Source of the DNA: Chrysomallon squamiferum
Taxonomy: Eukaryota > Animalia > Mollusca
Length of the DNA stretch: 64,000 nucleotides
Direction of reading: 5' to 3'
Assembly: GCA_012295275.1 (NCBI GenBank)
Contig: CM022673.1
Location: 10,292,001-10,356,000 of the forward strand
Below are positions 15,609-30,563 of this stretch, piece after piece. Below the pieces are notes generated by a model that ran no database searches, had not been told where the DNA came from, and worked only from the letters and a program-made list of their open reading frames with translations. The translations under genes were made by a program, and so were the position numbers. Every line of letters begins with the position of its first letter. Within the stretch, counting starts at the first letter, position 1.

Positions 15609-15954
15609 GTTTGGTCATGTTAGACTCGGTTAGGTCATGTTAGACTCGGTTAGGTCATGTTAGACGCTGTTAGGTCATGTTAGACTCAGTTAGGTCTTGT
15701 TAGACTCAGTTACGCCATGTTACACGCGGTTAGGTCATGTTAGACTCAGTTACGTCATGTTAGACTCCGTTAGGTCATGTTAGACTCAGGTCGTGTTAGA
15801 CTCTGTTACGTCATGTTAGACGCGGTTAAGTCACGTTGGACTCAGGTCATGTTAGACTCAGGTCATGTTAGACTCTGTTAGGTCATGTTAGACCCAGTTA
15901 GGTCATGTTAGACTCAGTTAGGTCATGTTAGTCTCACTTAGGTCATGTTAGACT
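15609..15954. repeat. Minisatellite, 20-bp unit GTTAGGTCATGTTAGACTCA, ~18 units with some 16-bp variants
   Basis: Directly visible periodicity. The 16-bp variants lack one GTTA. Confidence 0.95.
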
Positions 15955-17042
15955 AAAAGATAACGAGTGATCACTAGTTACGATGTTATTATATCTTCAC
16001 GTATTTCTCTTTTTCTTTGACTCTTTCTCACAAATTTATGACTACTTAACTTTTCTATCCTACGTTTTTCTTAATCTGCTCTCTGTGTCTATCCATCTAT
16101 TTTTTTTTTTTTTTTTTTTTTGTATCTGTCTCATCTCTCTAATATTGTTTCTTTCTGTGTATCAACCCATTTCCCTAGCTATCTCTTTATAGAATGTGCG
16201 TGCGTGTGCGTGTCTCATTATATTACTTTCTTTTTCTCCTTCACACTGTTTTCTTTTTTTAATTTACTCTTTATTCTTTCACTTTCACTTTGTCTGTCTT
16301 TCTGAGACAGTCGTTTTCACTCTTTCATTTATTTTTTTCTCCCTCCCTCTCTCTTTCTTTTTTCTCTTTCTTTCTTTCCTTTAGTTCGTTGTTCTTAACT
16401 TAATACAAGTTTGCTATTCAAGACACACACGATAATGAAACTAACTGAAATGATAAGTTCGACAGTGCACTGATCAACAACGTAAACACCTCAGATTCTC
16501 CGATCTGTTAAATTTAGGTCACCTGTAGAACAGTAACGGAGTTTGTTGTACAGTTTAACTCGTTTCATATAAGGGTTTATCAACAGAACGTTGCTATGTG
16601 CACGCAATCCGAAATCAAAAATACTCTGTTGTTTATCTTGTCCTTTGATATTAATAATATTAAAGAGATGGGTTTAGAAAATGAACAGAAAGCAATGGTA
16701 TCAGAGATTGGTAACCAACAAAGAAGAATTTTTAGTTTAGATTTCAAAGATCTGTTTATGAAATTTCACGGTAAAATTGGTTTACAAGATTGGTTTCAGA
16801 TGTTGTTTAGAATGAGCTTTAAAAATACTGTCTTGATATTGCTTAAAAGGTCAGAGTGCACTGATAAATTAATTTGCTGACAAAAATATATTGTTTCAAG
16901 TATATCTGTAATGGCACTTTCTGTAATTTGTATGGATAGTAAAGATGAAATTTCAAAATAATTTTAGTAAACATGATATCTATGTGTTTGATTGTTTGTC
17001 TCTACATGTGTATGTTTCTATGTAGGAGTATGTTTATATGTA

Positions 17043-17084
<42 letters not shown>

Positions 17085-18133
17085 TATATGTAAGTACATA
17101 TATGTGTACGTATGCGTCTGTGACTGTATTGTCTGTCTATATATTTGTGTGTATATGTACATGTGCATAAATCGAACATACAGCTTAATTTAAACAATTA
17201 AATTAAACTTAGGTCTAAATGTTTTGATTCTTTCTTTGTGTGGATATGCATAATTATGTGTGCCTATTCTGCACGTGTACTCTGTCGTGTATCGCAGTTA
17301 ACGTGTATGTATTTCTACATCATGTACGTAAGTGCGTACGTGCGTGTGTTTATATGAGACATGGAGAGACTGTAGTTCAACAATACCACATAAAAAAACG
17401 CCTCAGGCTATATAAATAAAATACAAATATCAAACAAACAACTGATCTTCTTCAGTTAACTTTTTTAGTTAGTAATTTTTTTACAACAAACTTATATAAT
17501 ATAATAAACACATTACACATACTTACTGTTTATTTTTATGTTATGTCCCCAGCGTACAACAACAACAACACTCTTTTTTTTTTCTTCTTCTTCTTCTTTT
17601 CGAGAACTGAATGGTTAGAATCCAGAAGACGTCCGAGTCTTTGTTTAGAACACACAAAAACTACACATACAAATGGGACTCTGCCTCGTTCCCCCCACTG
17701 TCAGTTCGCTGGTAACATGATAGTCCCATCCACGTGCCATATGCCAAGGAATAAAGCGCCTCGTTATCTACTGGTGCAAAGTTAGTCGAACGAGGGCCAG
17801 AAGAGAGAGAGAAAGCGTTACAAACAAAACGTAGTGGTAACGTAGCAGTTTCAGGGATTTCGAGTTCGCAGTAGGATCGTTGTTGTTTTTTGAATGATAT
17901 GGAATTTAGGGCTAATGTGAATGATAGGTGTACACAGTTAAAGAAATAAAGAAAGAAGGACGGATATTGTTCAGATAGGCATAAAGAAAGATAGATAGAT
18001 AGATAGAAGACGGACACTGTTTTTGTATTCTGAAAGAAAGGTGTTTTAGAACTGAAACAAAATAAACTGTTTTTACGAATGTTTTTGAAAGCGTCAGGAG
18101 TTTCATATTTCAAATCGTCTTTATATAAATAAT

Positions 18134-18145
18134 AATAATATTATT

Positions 18146-18219
<74 letters not shown>

Positions 18220-18290
18220 TATTATTACTACTACTACTACTATTAATACTACTACTACTATTACTACTATTACTACTATTACCACTATTA
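18134..18290. repeat. Compound (ATC)n(ATT)n(ACT)n trinucleotide microsatellite
   Basis: Directly visible. Confidence 0.95.
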
Positions 18291-18732
18291 CACCATCCTC
18301 CACATTTTGTTTTCAGTTTATTGCTCCATTTTCTAACGTTGAGTGGACCAACAACAAGTTTCACAGCAATGTTGTCTCTGTATACTACGACTTGGAAAAC
18401 CTTACAACAAAGACCATATTTTCTCTATACTCATACCAATACTAACATCAACACTACTAACACTAATTCTTCTTTTTCTTGATCTCCAGTTACTGTTAAT
18501 TTGTTTCCTCTCATTACTGATAGTACTACAAGTACTACTTACCAAAGCTACAATTGCTAAAACTGCTGCTATCACTACTAGTATTACAACTAACTTCTAC
18601 AATTATTACCAGTGCTAGATAAACCTACTATTACTACTATTACTGCTACAAATAATATTATCACTTTTATTATTATTATTAAATTTTCTTTTTCTCTACT
18701 TCCAGTTAATTTTCTTCTAATTTTACCTCTTC

Positions 18733-18764
<32 letters not shown>

Positions 18765-19119
18765 TTGGTCTCCTTGTTTCCTGTAAAAACACGATGATTT
18801 TGCTAATTCTGACACATTTTTTCAATTTGTTCCATTAACTGAGCTTGCACACAAATCAACTCGTCAAGAGCAGAACAAAGTGCATCCGCAGACTGCATCA
18901 AGGAAATATTCTATCACTTTGACGGTAATCCAGTAAACTGATAACTGAGTGAAACCAGTAATCCAATAAGCTGGTAATCCGTAAATCAGAAAATCAAGTA
19001 AATTTATTTATTTATTTTATTTTGTTTATTTGATTTTATTTATTTATTTATTTATTTATTTTATTTTTATTTATTTTATTTTATTTTATTATTATTTTTA
19101 TTTTATATTATTATTATTG

Positions 19120-19150
<31 letters not shown>

Positions 19151-19164
19151 TTTATTTTTATTTA

Positions 19165-19206
<42 letters not shown>

Positions 19207-19798
19207 GTTTATTTGTTTGTTACTATCTTTATTTTATATTATATTGTTATGTTATGCTATATTTTATTATAATATATTGTATTGTATTGTATTGTATTGT
19301 TTTGTTTTGTTTTATATTATATTACATTATATTATATAATATTATATTATACTATACTATACTGTACTACATTATATAACATGAATTTAATGCTGTCGGA
19401 GGCGAGGCAACTATTATTATCAGATTTAACACGTTAGGAAAGTTCCAATATTCACATACAGCAGAAGGCTAAAGCATCCGATAAACAAAATATTTTAAAC
19501 TTTATCACGTGTAAACAGACAGTCATGAAATCTGGCTAATAGTTTCATAACAACGAAAGAAAATACCGTGATGTTTGAAAAACAACCCATTTTGTTCGCT
19601 TTAAGAACGATTTTAAATAAACTGGAGTTGCAATGAGAATCTTGTTTCCAGATATTTGATATCTGAAACTTGGTTATCACGGGATTAGCTCTGCTGAGCT
19701 GAAAGATTAACAAAGTTTATTTCGTGCAATTTATTAGTTCGTTATACTAATAAAAACAGAGCTGAAAGTCTTATTTCTTTTCCCTTGTCCCTCAAACA

Positions 19799-20026
<228 letters not shown>

Positions 20027-20376
20027 GAGATACATTAATTGCATTTATATATAATATAAGTATATATATAATCTATATTCTGTACCAACGATTAACACAC
20101 AGATAAATTAAATATAATAATTAAAAAACAAATGTTCATCATAACAATATCTAAACAGATGTGTGTTTGATTCAAGAGGATTTCTTTAATATTAAATTAC
20201 AAACAATATTTCGATGAAACATTTAAAGAAAAAGCTTATATCATGTTAATGATCTGCGATCAGTTATTTAATTCATTTAGTCAATGTAAACTTTTATCTG
20301 TTTTTGGGGTGTTTTTCCTATGGTTTATGATAAAAAAATAATATAATATTATTTCCAACATTAATTTATCCATATA

Positions 20377-20413
<37 letters not shown>

Positions 20414-20799
20414 CCACATTAAAATTAATATTAAAACAAACTTCTAGCATCTATTACACACAAAAACATACCCACACGCACACACGCACTCACGCACAAA
20501 CACACAAACACACATAAACATACATATTTAAGCAAATTTGTTGTGTACCTAAGGTGAACAGTCCCCCGGTAGCTCATTTTCAAGTATGAGTTTCCCGTAT
20601 TAGCCACACTGAGGTGGGGGTGTCATCACTCACCAGGTGACTCACTGTCGCTGCATTTCAGGTACAATCTTTTTTTAATACTTTATTTAAATTAATTATG
20701 AAATATTTTTCTTAAAGATTACTTGGTGAGGAATGATACCTATCAAAATTTTGTTCAAAGTATATGACACAGAAAGTATTTTCAAATATTTTAAAACTT

Positions 20800-20838
<39 letters not shown>

Positions 20839-21184
20839 CCTATTTATTTACGTATTTAGTTATTTACTTACTTACATTCCTATTTATTTATTTACCTGTT
20901 AACGTTTTGAATTTATTTATTTATTTAGTAATATTTATTTATAATGCTATAATTCTCTAATTCTTCATATCATTTACAAATAACTATTAAGCATTTAATG
21001 TTAAAGAAGAAATATAAAATTTAGTTTGAAATAACAGAAGTGAATGATTAATACTATTCGTTTTATAATTCATTAAAAGATTTATCTAAATTAATCTGTT
21101 TATATAAAAAAAAAATTATAAAATTTAATTTAATATCCATTTCTCCGTTTCTTTTTCCTCGTTTTTTGTATTTTGTATTTTGTA

Positions 21185-21242
<58 letters not shown>

Positions 21243-22199
21243 CATTATTTTATATTATTATTATTATTATTATATTATTATAACTGTTTCTTGCTTTCAT
21301 ATTTATTTCATTTTGTAATAAAGATGACAGAAAATTAAATGAAAAATACATTTACTTATTTAATTAGTGAAACACTAAATAAGACTACTTATTAAATCAT
21401 AACAATACTAAATTATGAATAAAAGACCCATAGTTTTTAATCTATCAATTCTATATAAATAAAAAATATATTTCTTTAGTGTCATAAAGTACATTTCTTC
21501 TGTCATATACTATGAGTAGATTTAGAAGCGTCAGCCTAAATATAAAAATACTAAAATAATTTGGACGCGAATTTATACGGTTGGTCAAAACAAAAGAAAT
21601 CGGACATACAACGATAATAAATATATAACATTCCTAGAGGCCGATTTCCAAAAATTAAAATCCGATCTTTAACCTTAAAACGCAGAGTTAAGGTCAAGGC
21701 AAGGGCAGAGAAGGTTACACTTTAATTATTCTTCGATATTCATACCATTCACAAAACGCTAAATATACATTATTTATAAACATTTGAATATGATAATCAT
21801 TATCAACACGTAAAACAAAATATTAAGTTTGCATTAAAGAAATAAAAGTACCTGTATATTAATTCATTATTTATAATTACAGTCACTTAACTTAGCTACA
21901 CTAACATCTAAGCTATCCCACTTTATATCTACTCCTCTTTCAACGTTCGAATACATACCCAGTCTCTGTAACACATACAAACATACATGTGCACTGTCAT
22001 TCACACATACATATATATATATATACCCATCCTGCAAGACACGTACCCACACACAATCACACTTTCTTTCTCACACTGATGTACATACCCATCCTCTCTC
22101 TCTAACACACAGTCACATATATCCACACTTTCTGACACATACCCACTCTTCCTTTCACATTTTCATGCATACCCACTGTTTAACATTCATTCCCGTAAA

Positions 22200-25100
22200 C
22201 AAAAACACTGATTTTCATACGCACTAACATACACACAACACTAACACACATATACATACATAACACTAACACACACACATATACATAACTCTAACACACA
22301 ACCACTTACAAGACACACATATAGAAGACTAACAGACTCAAACACACAACACTAACAAACACACACACATACACAACACTCACACATACACATACCTAAC
22401 ATACATATACAACACCAATACACACATACATAACATAAAAACACACATACACAACACTAACACACACACTAAAACACACACATATAAACAGCAACATTAA
22501 CACACACACATACAAAACACACACATACAAAACACAAACAGACACACACACACACACACAACACACACACACACAAACACGTACCTAAACACACACTTAA
22601 CACTAACAGACACAAAACTAATATACACACATACAACATTAACTCACACACATACACAAACACTAACACACAAGCCCATATACCCATATTACTTACACAC
22701 ACATAAACACACACACACATACAAAACACACACACACAAAACACAAAACACACACACAAACACTCAAAACATACACGTACCTAACACACACACTTAACAC
22801 TAACAGACACAAAACTAATATACACACATACAACATTAACTCACACACATACACAACACTACCACACACAAACACTAACAAACACACAACACTACACTAC
22901 CACACACAACACTAACAAACACACAACACTAACACACACACACATATACACATATACACTACAAACACACACACAAAAACTAAACATAACACACACACCC
23001 TAAACCAAAATACACATACACACACATACACACACAACACAAACACACACACAAACACTAACACACACATATACTAACACTAACACACAAGCCCCACATA
23101 AACCTGTATTACAAATACACACACATAAACACACAGTACACACACACACACAAACACAACACTGACACACACACATTAACACACAAACACAACATTGACA
23201 CACACATTCACAAACACAGCAACACACATACATACAACACAACACACGCATTCACAACACTAACACACATATATACACAAAACACTAACACACATATACA
23301 TAACATAGCCACTAACACAAACACTTAACACACAACAGAACAGTAACACAGAAGTCACTATATCCATGTTACTTACACAATAACACATACAGAACACTAA
23401 CACACACACAACACTAACAGACACATACAAAACACTATCACACACAACACTAACACACACAACACCAACACAGGCACTCACATAATACTAACACAAACAA
23501 ACACAGCACTAACACATAACAATACTAACACAAAACAAACACAGACATATACACAACACTAACACAAAAGCACATATCCAATACACACATACAAACACAA
23601 ACAGACAACACAAACACACACACACACACGATACTACAAACACATAGATACTACACACAGACACACACAACACATAACACACACACAAACACTAACACAC
23701 AAGCACCCTAAATCCAACACTTAATCAAACACACAAAACTAAAACACACAACACTAACACACATACAAACACAGCACAGAACACACAACAATAAAACAAA
23801 CACAAAACATAACAACATGACACACAACACTAACACACACATAACACGCAACACACAACAAACATATATAATAACAACACACACACACACACAACAACAC
23901 ACACATATACATAAACACTAACACACACAACACTAACACACACACATAACACTAACAGACACACACATAACACTAACATACACACATATAACTCTAACAC
24001 TGTCACACAAAACACTAACACAACACATACATACACAACAATAACACAACACAAACACAAACAACAGAAACATACATACACAACACTAACATACACATAC
24101 AAAACACTAACACACACATACATAACATATTACAACACAGACACATACACATACATAACACACACACACACAACACATACACAGGCATAACTGACACATA
24201 ACAATAACACAGATATATACAGAACACTAACATACACACAACACTAACACACATAACACAACCCAAACACACAAAACACAACACTAACACACACAACACT
24301 AACATATAACACACAACACTGACATACACACAACACTAACAAAAAGCAGACATATCCATATTACAACAAACACAAACATAACACTAACACACACACACCC
24401 AACACTAACACATACATACATACAACACTAACACACACAGATCACTAACACAAATACACAACACTAAAACATATACAAGCACTAACACATACAATATACT
24501 TAACACATAACACACACATACACAACACTAACACAACTAACAACATTAGTACACACACACTACACACACATACCAATACTACAACACAACACTAACACAT
24601 ACACAACACTAAACACACACACACAACACTAACAAACACAAAACACATTAACATGCACACAAACACTAACACACACAACACAACACACACACAAACATAT
24701 ACAATATACAACACTAGAACACACACAACACAACACAGACACACACAACACTAACACAACACAACACAAATAAACATACAACACTAACACACACATAACA
24801 CTAACACAAATACACACACAACACTAACACACATACATAATAACACACACAAAACAAAACTAACAAACACATACATAACATTGACACACATAACACTAAA
24901 ACATGCCTACAGAACACTAACAACACAAACATAACACAGGCACACACAAACAACACTAACATACATACAACACAAACACAGATATACACAAACACTAACA
25001 CAGCAACACACATAAAACTAACACAGACACATACACAACACTAATACAAAGCCCCTATATCCACATTACCCACAAACGCAACACAAACATAGACACAAAC

Positions 25101-26900
25101 ATAACACTAACACACATATACACACACTAACCCAGACACACATACCATTAACACAGAAAAGACACACACACAACCTTAGCACATAAACAGCAATAACACT
25201 AACACAAATACACTAACATATATACAAAACACTAACAAACACGCAAAACCATACCACACATACACAACACTAACACACACAACACTAACAAACACACAAC
25301 ACTACACACACACAACACTAACAGACACACACAACACTAACACACACATATAACACTAACAAACACACACACACTAACATACACATACATAACACTAACA
25401 AACACACAACACTAACACACACGCAGAACATACACATATACACACAACACTAACACACCCACAAAACCAAACACAAACACAAGCACAAAACACTAACAAC
25501 ACTAACACACACACACAATACACACACACTAACACTACCACTGACATATATACAACACTAACACAAAAGCCCCTAAACCTGTATTACTTACAAAATACAC
25601 ACACAACACTAACACACACACTACACACAACGTTAACACACACACACATTAACACACATAATACAACACACACACACAGAACACTAACACACATACACAC
25701 AACACTAACACACGCATTCATAATACCAACAACAGAGACACACACAAACACTAACACACACACAAACACTAACACAAACCCCTAAATCCATATTACACAA
25801 CAGTAACACACAACACTAAACCCAAAACACAACACTAACAACACATAACACACAGCACTAGAACACACACACAGACACGACTAACAAACACAAAAATGCT
25901 AACATGCACACGCAACACAACACACACACACACACAAAACACCATACAGAAACATATACACACACAACACCAACACACACACACAACACACACACACAAA
26001 TACAAACACAACACACAACACATACACAACACTAACACACAACACACATGACAATATACAACACTAACACAAACACATATCCATATACAACACACACACA
26101 CACACACACACACATACACAACACTAACAAACACACACACAATATACAACACTAGACACACACATAGAGCACTAACACACATACACAACAACACATACAA
26201 TATACAACACTAACAGACACACACACAGAACACTAACAAACACACATACACACAACACACATCACACACACACACAACAGAGACACACACACACAGACAC
26301 AGAACACTAACACACACACAACACTAACACACACACACAACACTAAAACACACAACACAACACATAACAAACACACATACAACAGTAACACACACACAAA
26401 CAACAAAAACACACACATGCACACACAACACAAACACACACAAATACAACACACACACAACACACACAAACACACATACAAACAGTAACACATACATACA
26501 ACATTAACACTAACACAGGACACACAAACAACACAAAACATACATACACAACACTAACACACATACAAGACTAACACACATACAAGACTAACACACACAC
26601 GAGCACTAACACACATACACAACATTAACACACACACACAACACTACAACTAACACAAAACACTATCACACAAGCCCCTAAACCCGTATTACATACACAC
26701 ATACACACACAACATTAACACACACATATTCACAACACTACCACACATAACACACTTACATACACATTAACACACACACAACACTATCACACACATACAA
26801 AACTAACACAAACACTCAACACTACAACACTAAAACACAAAACTAACACAGAAGTCCCTATACCCACATTACTTACACTAACACACTCACACACACAGAT
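22200..26900. repeat. ~4.7-kb degenerate C/A-rich satellite-like array (ACAACACTAACAC motif)
   Basis: The + strand is nearly devoid of G. ACTAAC recurs in CA runs, with a sparser AAGCCCCTAAACCC/ATCC..TATTAC landmark. Internal ~80-bp duplication at ~22578 and ~22774. Confidence 0.9.
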
Positions 26901-27783
26901 TCACCCGATTTTCACATATATCCACACGTAATTACCCATTTCTCCATTCACATTCGCAATCATTTGAGATAAAAACTACATACGATACTTATACTGTTTG
27001 ACTATGGAAGGGAGATAACTACGGAAGGCATGGAGAAAGAAAAACATAAAGAGAAAATCTGAGTGAATAATTCTACTTTGTAATGAATCTATGTTTTAGT
27101 TTTATACACACATTTCCTTACCCACCCATATCACACACCCCCACACACACACGTCCTTTTCCATTATTTCTTTATCTAGAGCGTTTCGTGAAAATATGCA
27201 TGTCGACGAATATTATTTTAAATTTAAATCTTATAATGCAGTAAATTGTCTGATAGAACCAGTAATTTTCATTTGATATTTCTAGTATATAAAGAAACGT
27301 TTAACTTACAGAATTTTTCTCTTATTCAAAGAATTATCCCGGGGTGAAAAACTCTGCCCTGCCCAAACCGCAACTGTGTGTTTGTTGTCAACGACGTCAA
27401 TCAATTGTTGATGACGTCAGAAACAAAATTAATAGAGCTGTTTTCTATACGTATTTATTTTCAAAAATTACATAAATTTTAAATTTTTATTTCAGAAATT
27501 ATGAATAATTAATTTGAAATATAAATTAACAAATAATAAAAAAATAAACATTTGTTTCTACGTTTGTTTTATTTGTAATGAATCTAATTTATCTTTCAAG
27601 AAATATAAAGCAAAATGGCGCCGTCTGCTTTCGAAATGGTGTATCGTCAATGAATATTTCATTTTAGACAAAATATCGTAAGAATCTCAAAATAAACGGC
27701 AGATAGTTGCTAAAACTGCTACTGTTTCCTCAGAAATGAGAATTATTGGGTAATTACTATCTATCTTTCGGGAGTAATATTTA

Positions 27784-27816
<33 letters not shown>

Positions 27817-30388
27817 TCCCATATTTGGGAAGCATTTCAAATTTAAGTCTTTACTCCGTTATACATTCCATTAAAATAAAATAATAAAAATAAATAAATA
27901 AATAAATAAATAATAGAAAAAGGAATTTAAAAAGAAAAGAAAAAATATAAGTTTAATGCTTTTGTTTTATTTAAATCTAAGTTGACTGCCTTTAGTGATG
28001 AGTAATCTTGCAGTTTATGTCGGTTCTCTCCCTTTAGTTGTTATACGTTCCCTTTGTCAGACTAGTTTTTGTAGGTTTTTTGTAAATTGTTGTTTTATCA
28101 AACAGAACAGTCCTATTAGAAGTACAGAAATGTTTAAATAATGAAACTTTATTTACATTTTTTGAATTATTAAAAACTGGTTTACAACAACAAAACTGTA
28201 ATAATAATATTGATAATAAATAATGTAAAGCACAATTCAGATTGTTTAGTTCTTATAAATAAAGAAATGTTCTATTAACAAACTTAAAGTCTTTTTAAAT
28301 TTATGTTACCAGTATATAGTGTATAAATTTATTCATTTATTTATTCGTTTTATTTGGTCTTAATGTGTATATCAAGGTTTAACTTGAAAGAAATAAGCCG
28401 CTAGTTGTTTAATATAAAATAACAATGAAAAACAAGCCAATTTATTTTAATTTTATTTTATTACTTTTCTATTTTTTTTTTTTTTTTTTTTTTTTTCTGC
28501 CTATGATGTTATGTTTAGAGCCTATCAGAAAATAATAAATAAATAAATAAATAAATATAATAATAATAACAATAACAACAACAACAATATCAATAACAAT
28601 AATTTCAAAAAGAAATTGGCAGCATTAATTGTTTTTCTCGACGCTATATAATTCTCTAAAATGTCTTGTTATCACAGAGAAAAACAAAACAAACAGTTTG
28701 AATGTGTATAGACTATTAAACTGGTTCCCACCACTAAAAACATGATTTAAAAAATAGATTTTTCTCTTTTTTATGTCTGCAGCTGTTCAAGCCTTGCTTA
28801 GATAAACGCTTTAAACGAAACTGTAAACTTTAGTGTTTACACATTTTGTCGCAGCACAAAAGCTTTGGACCGTAAATGTCCTATTTCTTAGTCGAGTTTA
28901 ATTCACAAAAGAAATAATAGGCATAACGAAATACAAGCATTCATGCAGCCATACATTATACATACTTATATACATGATTAATAACATACATATATATAGA
29001 TACATACATCCATAAGTACGTACATAAACAGACATACACACAGAATATAAACATACATATAACCGTTTATATATGTATATGTGGGTATGTATGTGTGCGT
29101 TTGTTTGTATGTATATTTATACGTATGTATGTATGTATGTACGTATGTATGCATATACCTTTTGTTTATATATATATATATATGTACGTATGTAACTTTA
29201 TGTGTGTGTGTGTGTGTGTGTTTGTGTCTGTGTGTGTGGAAAGTTTAAACAAATTAACTCTATTACGTAATTATAAAAATAAATGTTAATACAAATTTTT
29301 TTTTTTTTAACAGACAGAATATAAAATGCATTTAATCAGCATCGTTTGTGGGTGAAAGGGAGGTTATTATGTTTACACATTTGGTTTCTATTTCGCTTTA
29401 ATTGAGTGCAATGCACATCTGCACTAAAAATAAACTCAATTAAGGGTGTATTCTTTGTCAAGAGATTTATTTGTGTTAGCTAACTATAGCAACACTGGAG
29501 CATGTTTCCTGTTTAAAAGGCAGCGCATAAAGCATTGTATTCATCGCGTCTATTTAGGACAGCAGGCGAGTAAACCGGAAAATGTCGTCGTAGTCACATT
29601 GTGTAAATATTTTAAATAGAAATTTTATTTTTAAATCTTATTTATTTATTTATTATTATTACTAATTCCTATTTTATCATTACTACTATTGCTACTGCTA
29701 CTACTACTACTACTGCTACCATTATTATTATTATTATTATTTGTATTATTATTATTATTATTGTTATTATTATTATTATTGTTGTTGTTGTTGTTGTTGT
29801 TGGTTGTTGTGGTTGTTGTGGTTGCTGTTGTTGTTATAGGTGTGTTCCTCCCTGTTTGAAATTTCCTGTCAGTAATATCAAGAATGTTCAAACATACACA
29901 GAATATTGCAAATATTTAACTATCAAGGATATTTTTTCCTTTCTTTTCTATTCTTTCTTTCTTTCTTTTTCTCTTTCCATTTTCGTTTTCTTTCTTTACT
30001 TTTTATTTTTGTTTATTTATTTATTTATATATATATATTTTTTTTTTTTTTTTTTTGCTTCATTAAAAATAACCCCTTTACATTAAAATCCGATAATAAT
30101 AATAAATATGAATACGATTTATCAGACAACCAAATATTGCTGTTTTACCCTAGTTAAATAAAATTCAATAAAATTAAATTAAATTTAAAAAAGAAAATTA
30201 AAACAAACAAATAAACAAATAAATAAATAAATAAATATACATCTGAGCTTTATTCATAACGGAAAGAGCCAGAAACCATCGAAAACACGTTGAATTTATG
30301 TAGGGGAGATAACCTTGTTTCATCTCTGCGCAGAAAAATTGTACACACAAATTATATACCGTTCTCAAAATCAAAATTAACAACTTGC

Positions 30389-30483
30389 TATAATAATAAG
30401 AAGAAGAAGACGAAGATGAAGAAGAAGAAGAAGAAGAAGAAGAAGAAGAAGATTAAGAAGAGTATTAATAATAATAATAATAG

Positions 30484-30563
<80 letters not shown>
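30389..30563. repeat. Compound (AAG)n(AAT)n(GTT)n(ATT)n microsatellite
   Basis: Directly visible. Confidence 0.95.

Noticed and set aside
15609-15954. CRISPR-like or telomeric array
   Set aside because: There are no unique spacers, the context is eukaryotic, and TTAGG is only part of a 20-bp unit with no tandem TTAGGG.
22469-26564. Many Cys/Val-rich minus-strand ORFs
   Set aside because: They are translations of (TG)-rich repeat, open in several frames at once, with no splice or domain evidence.
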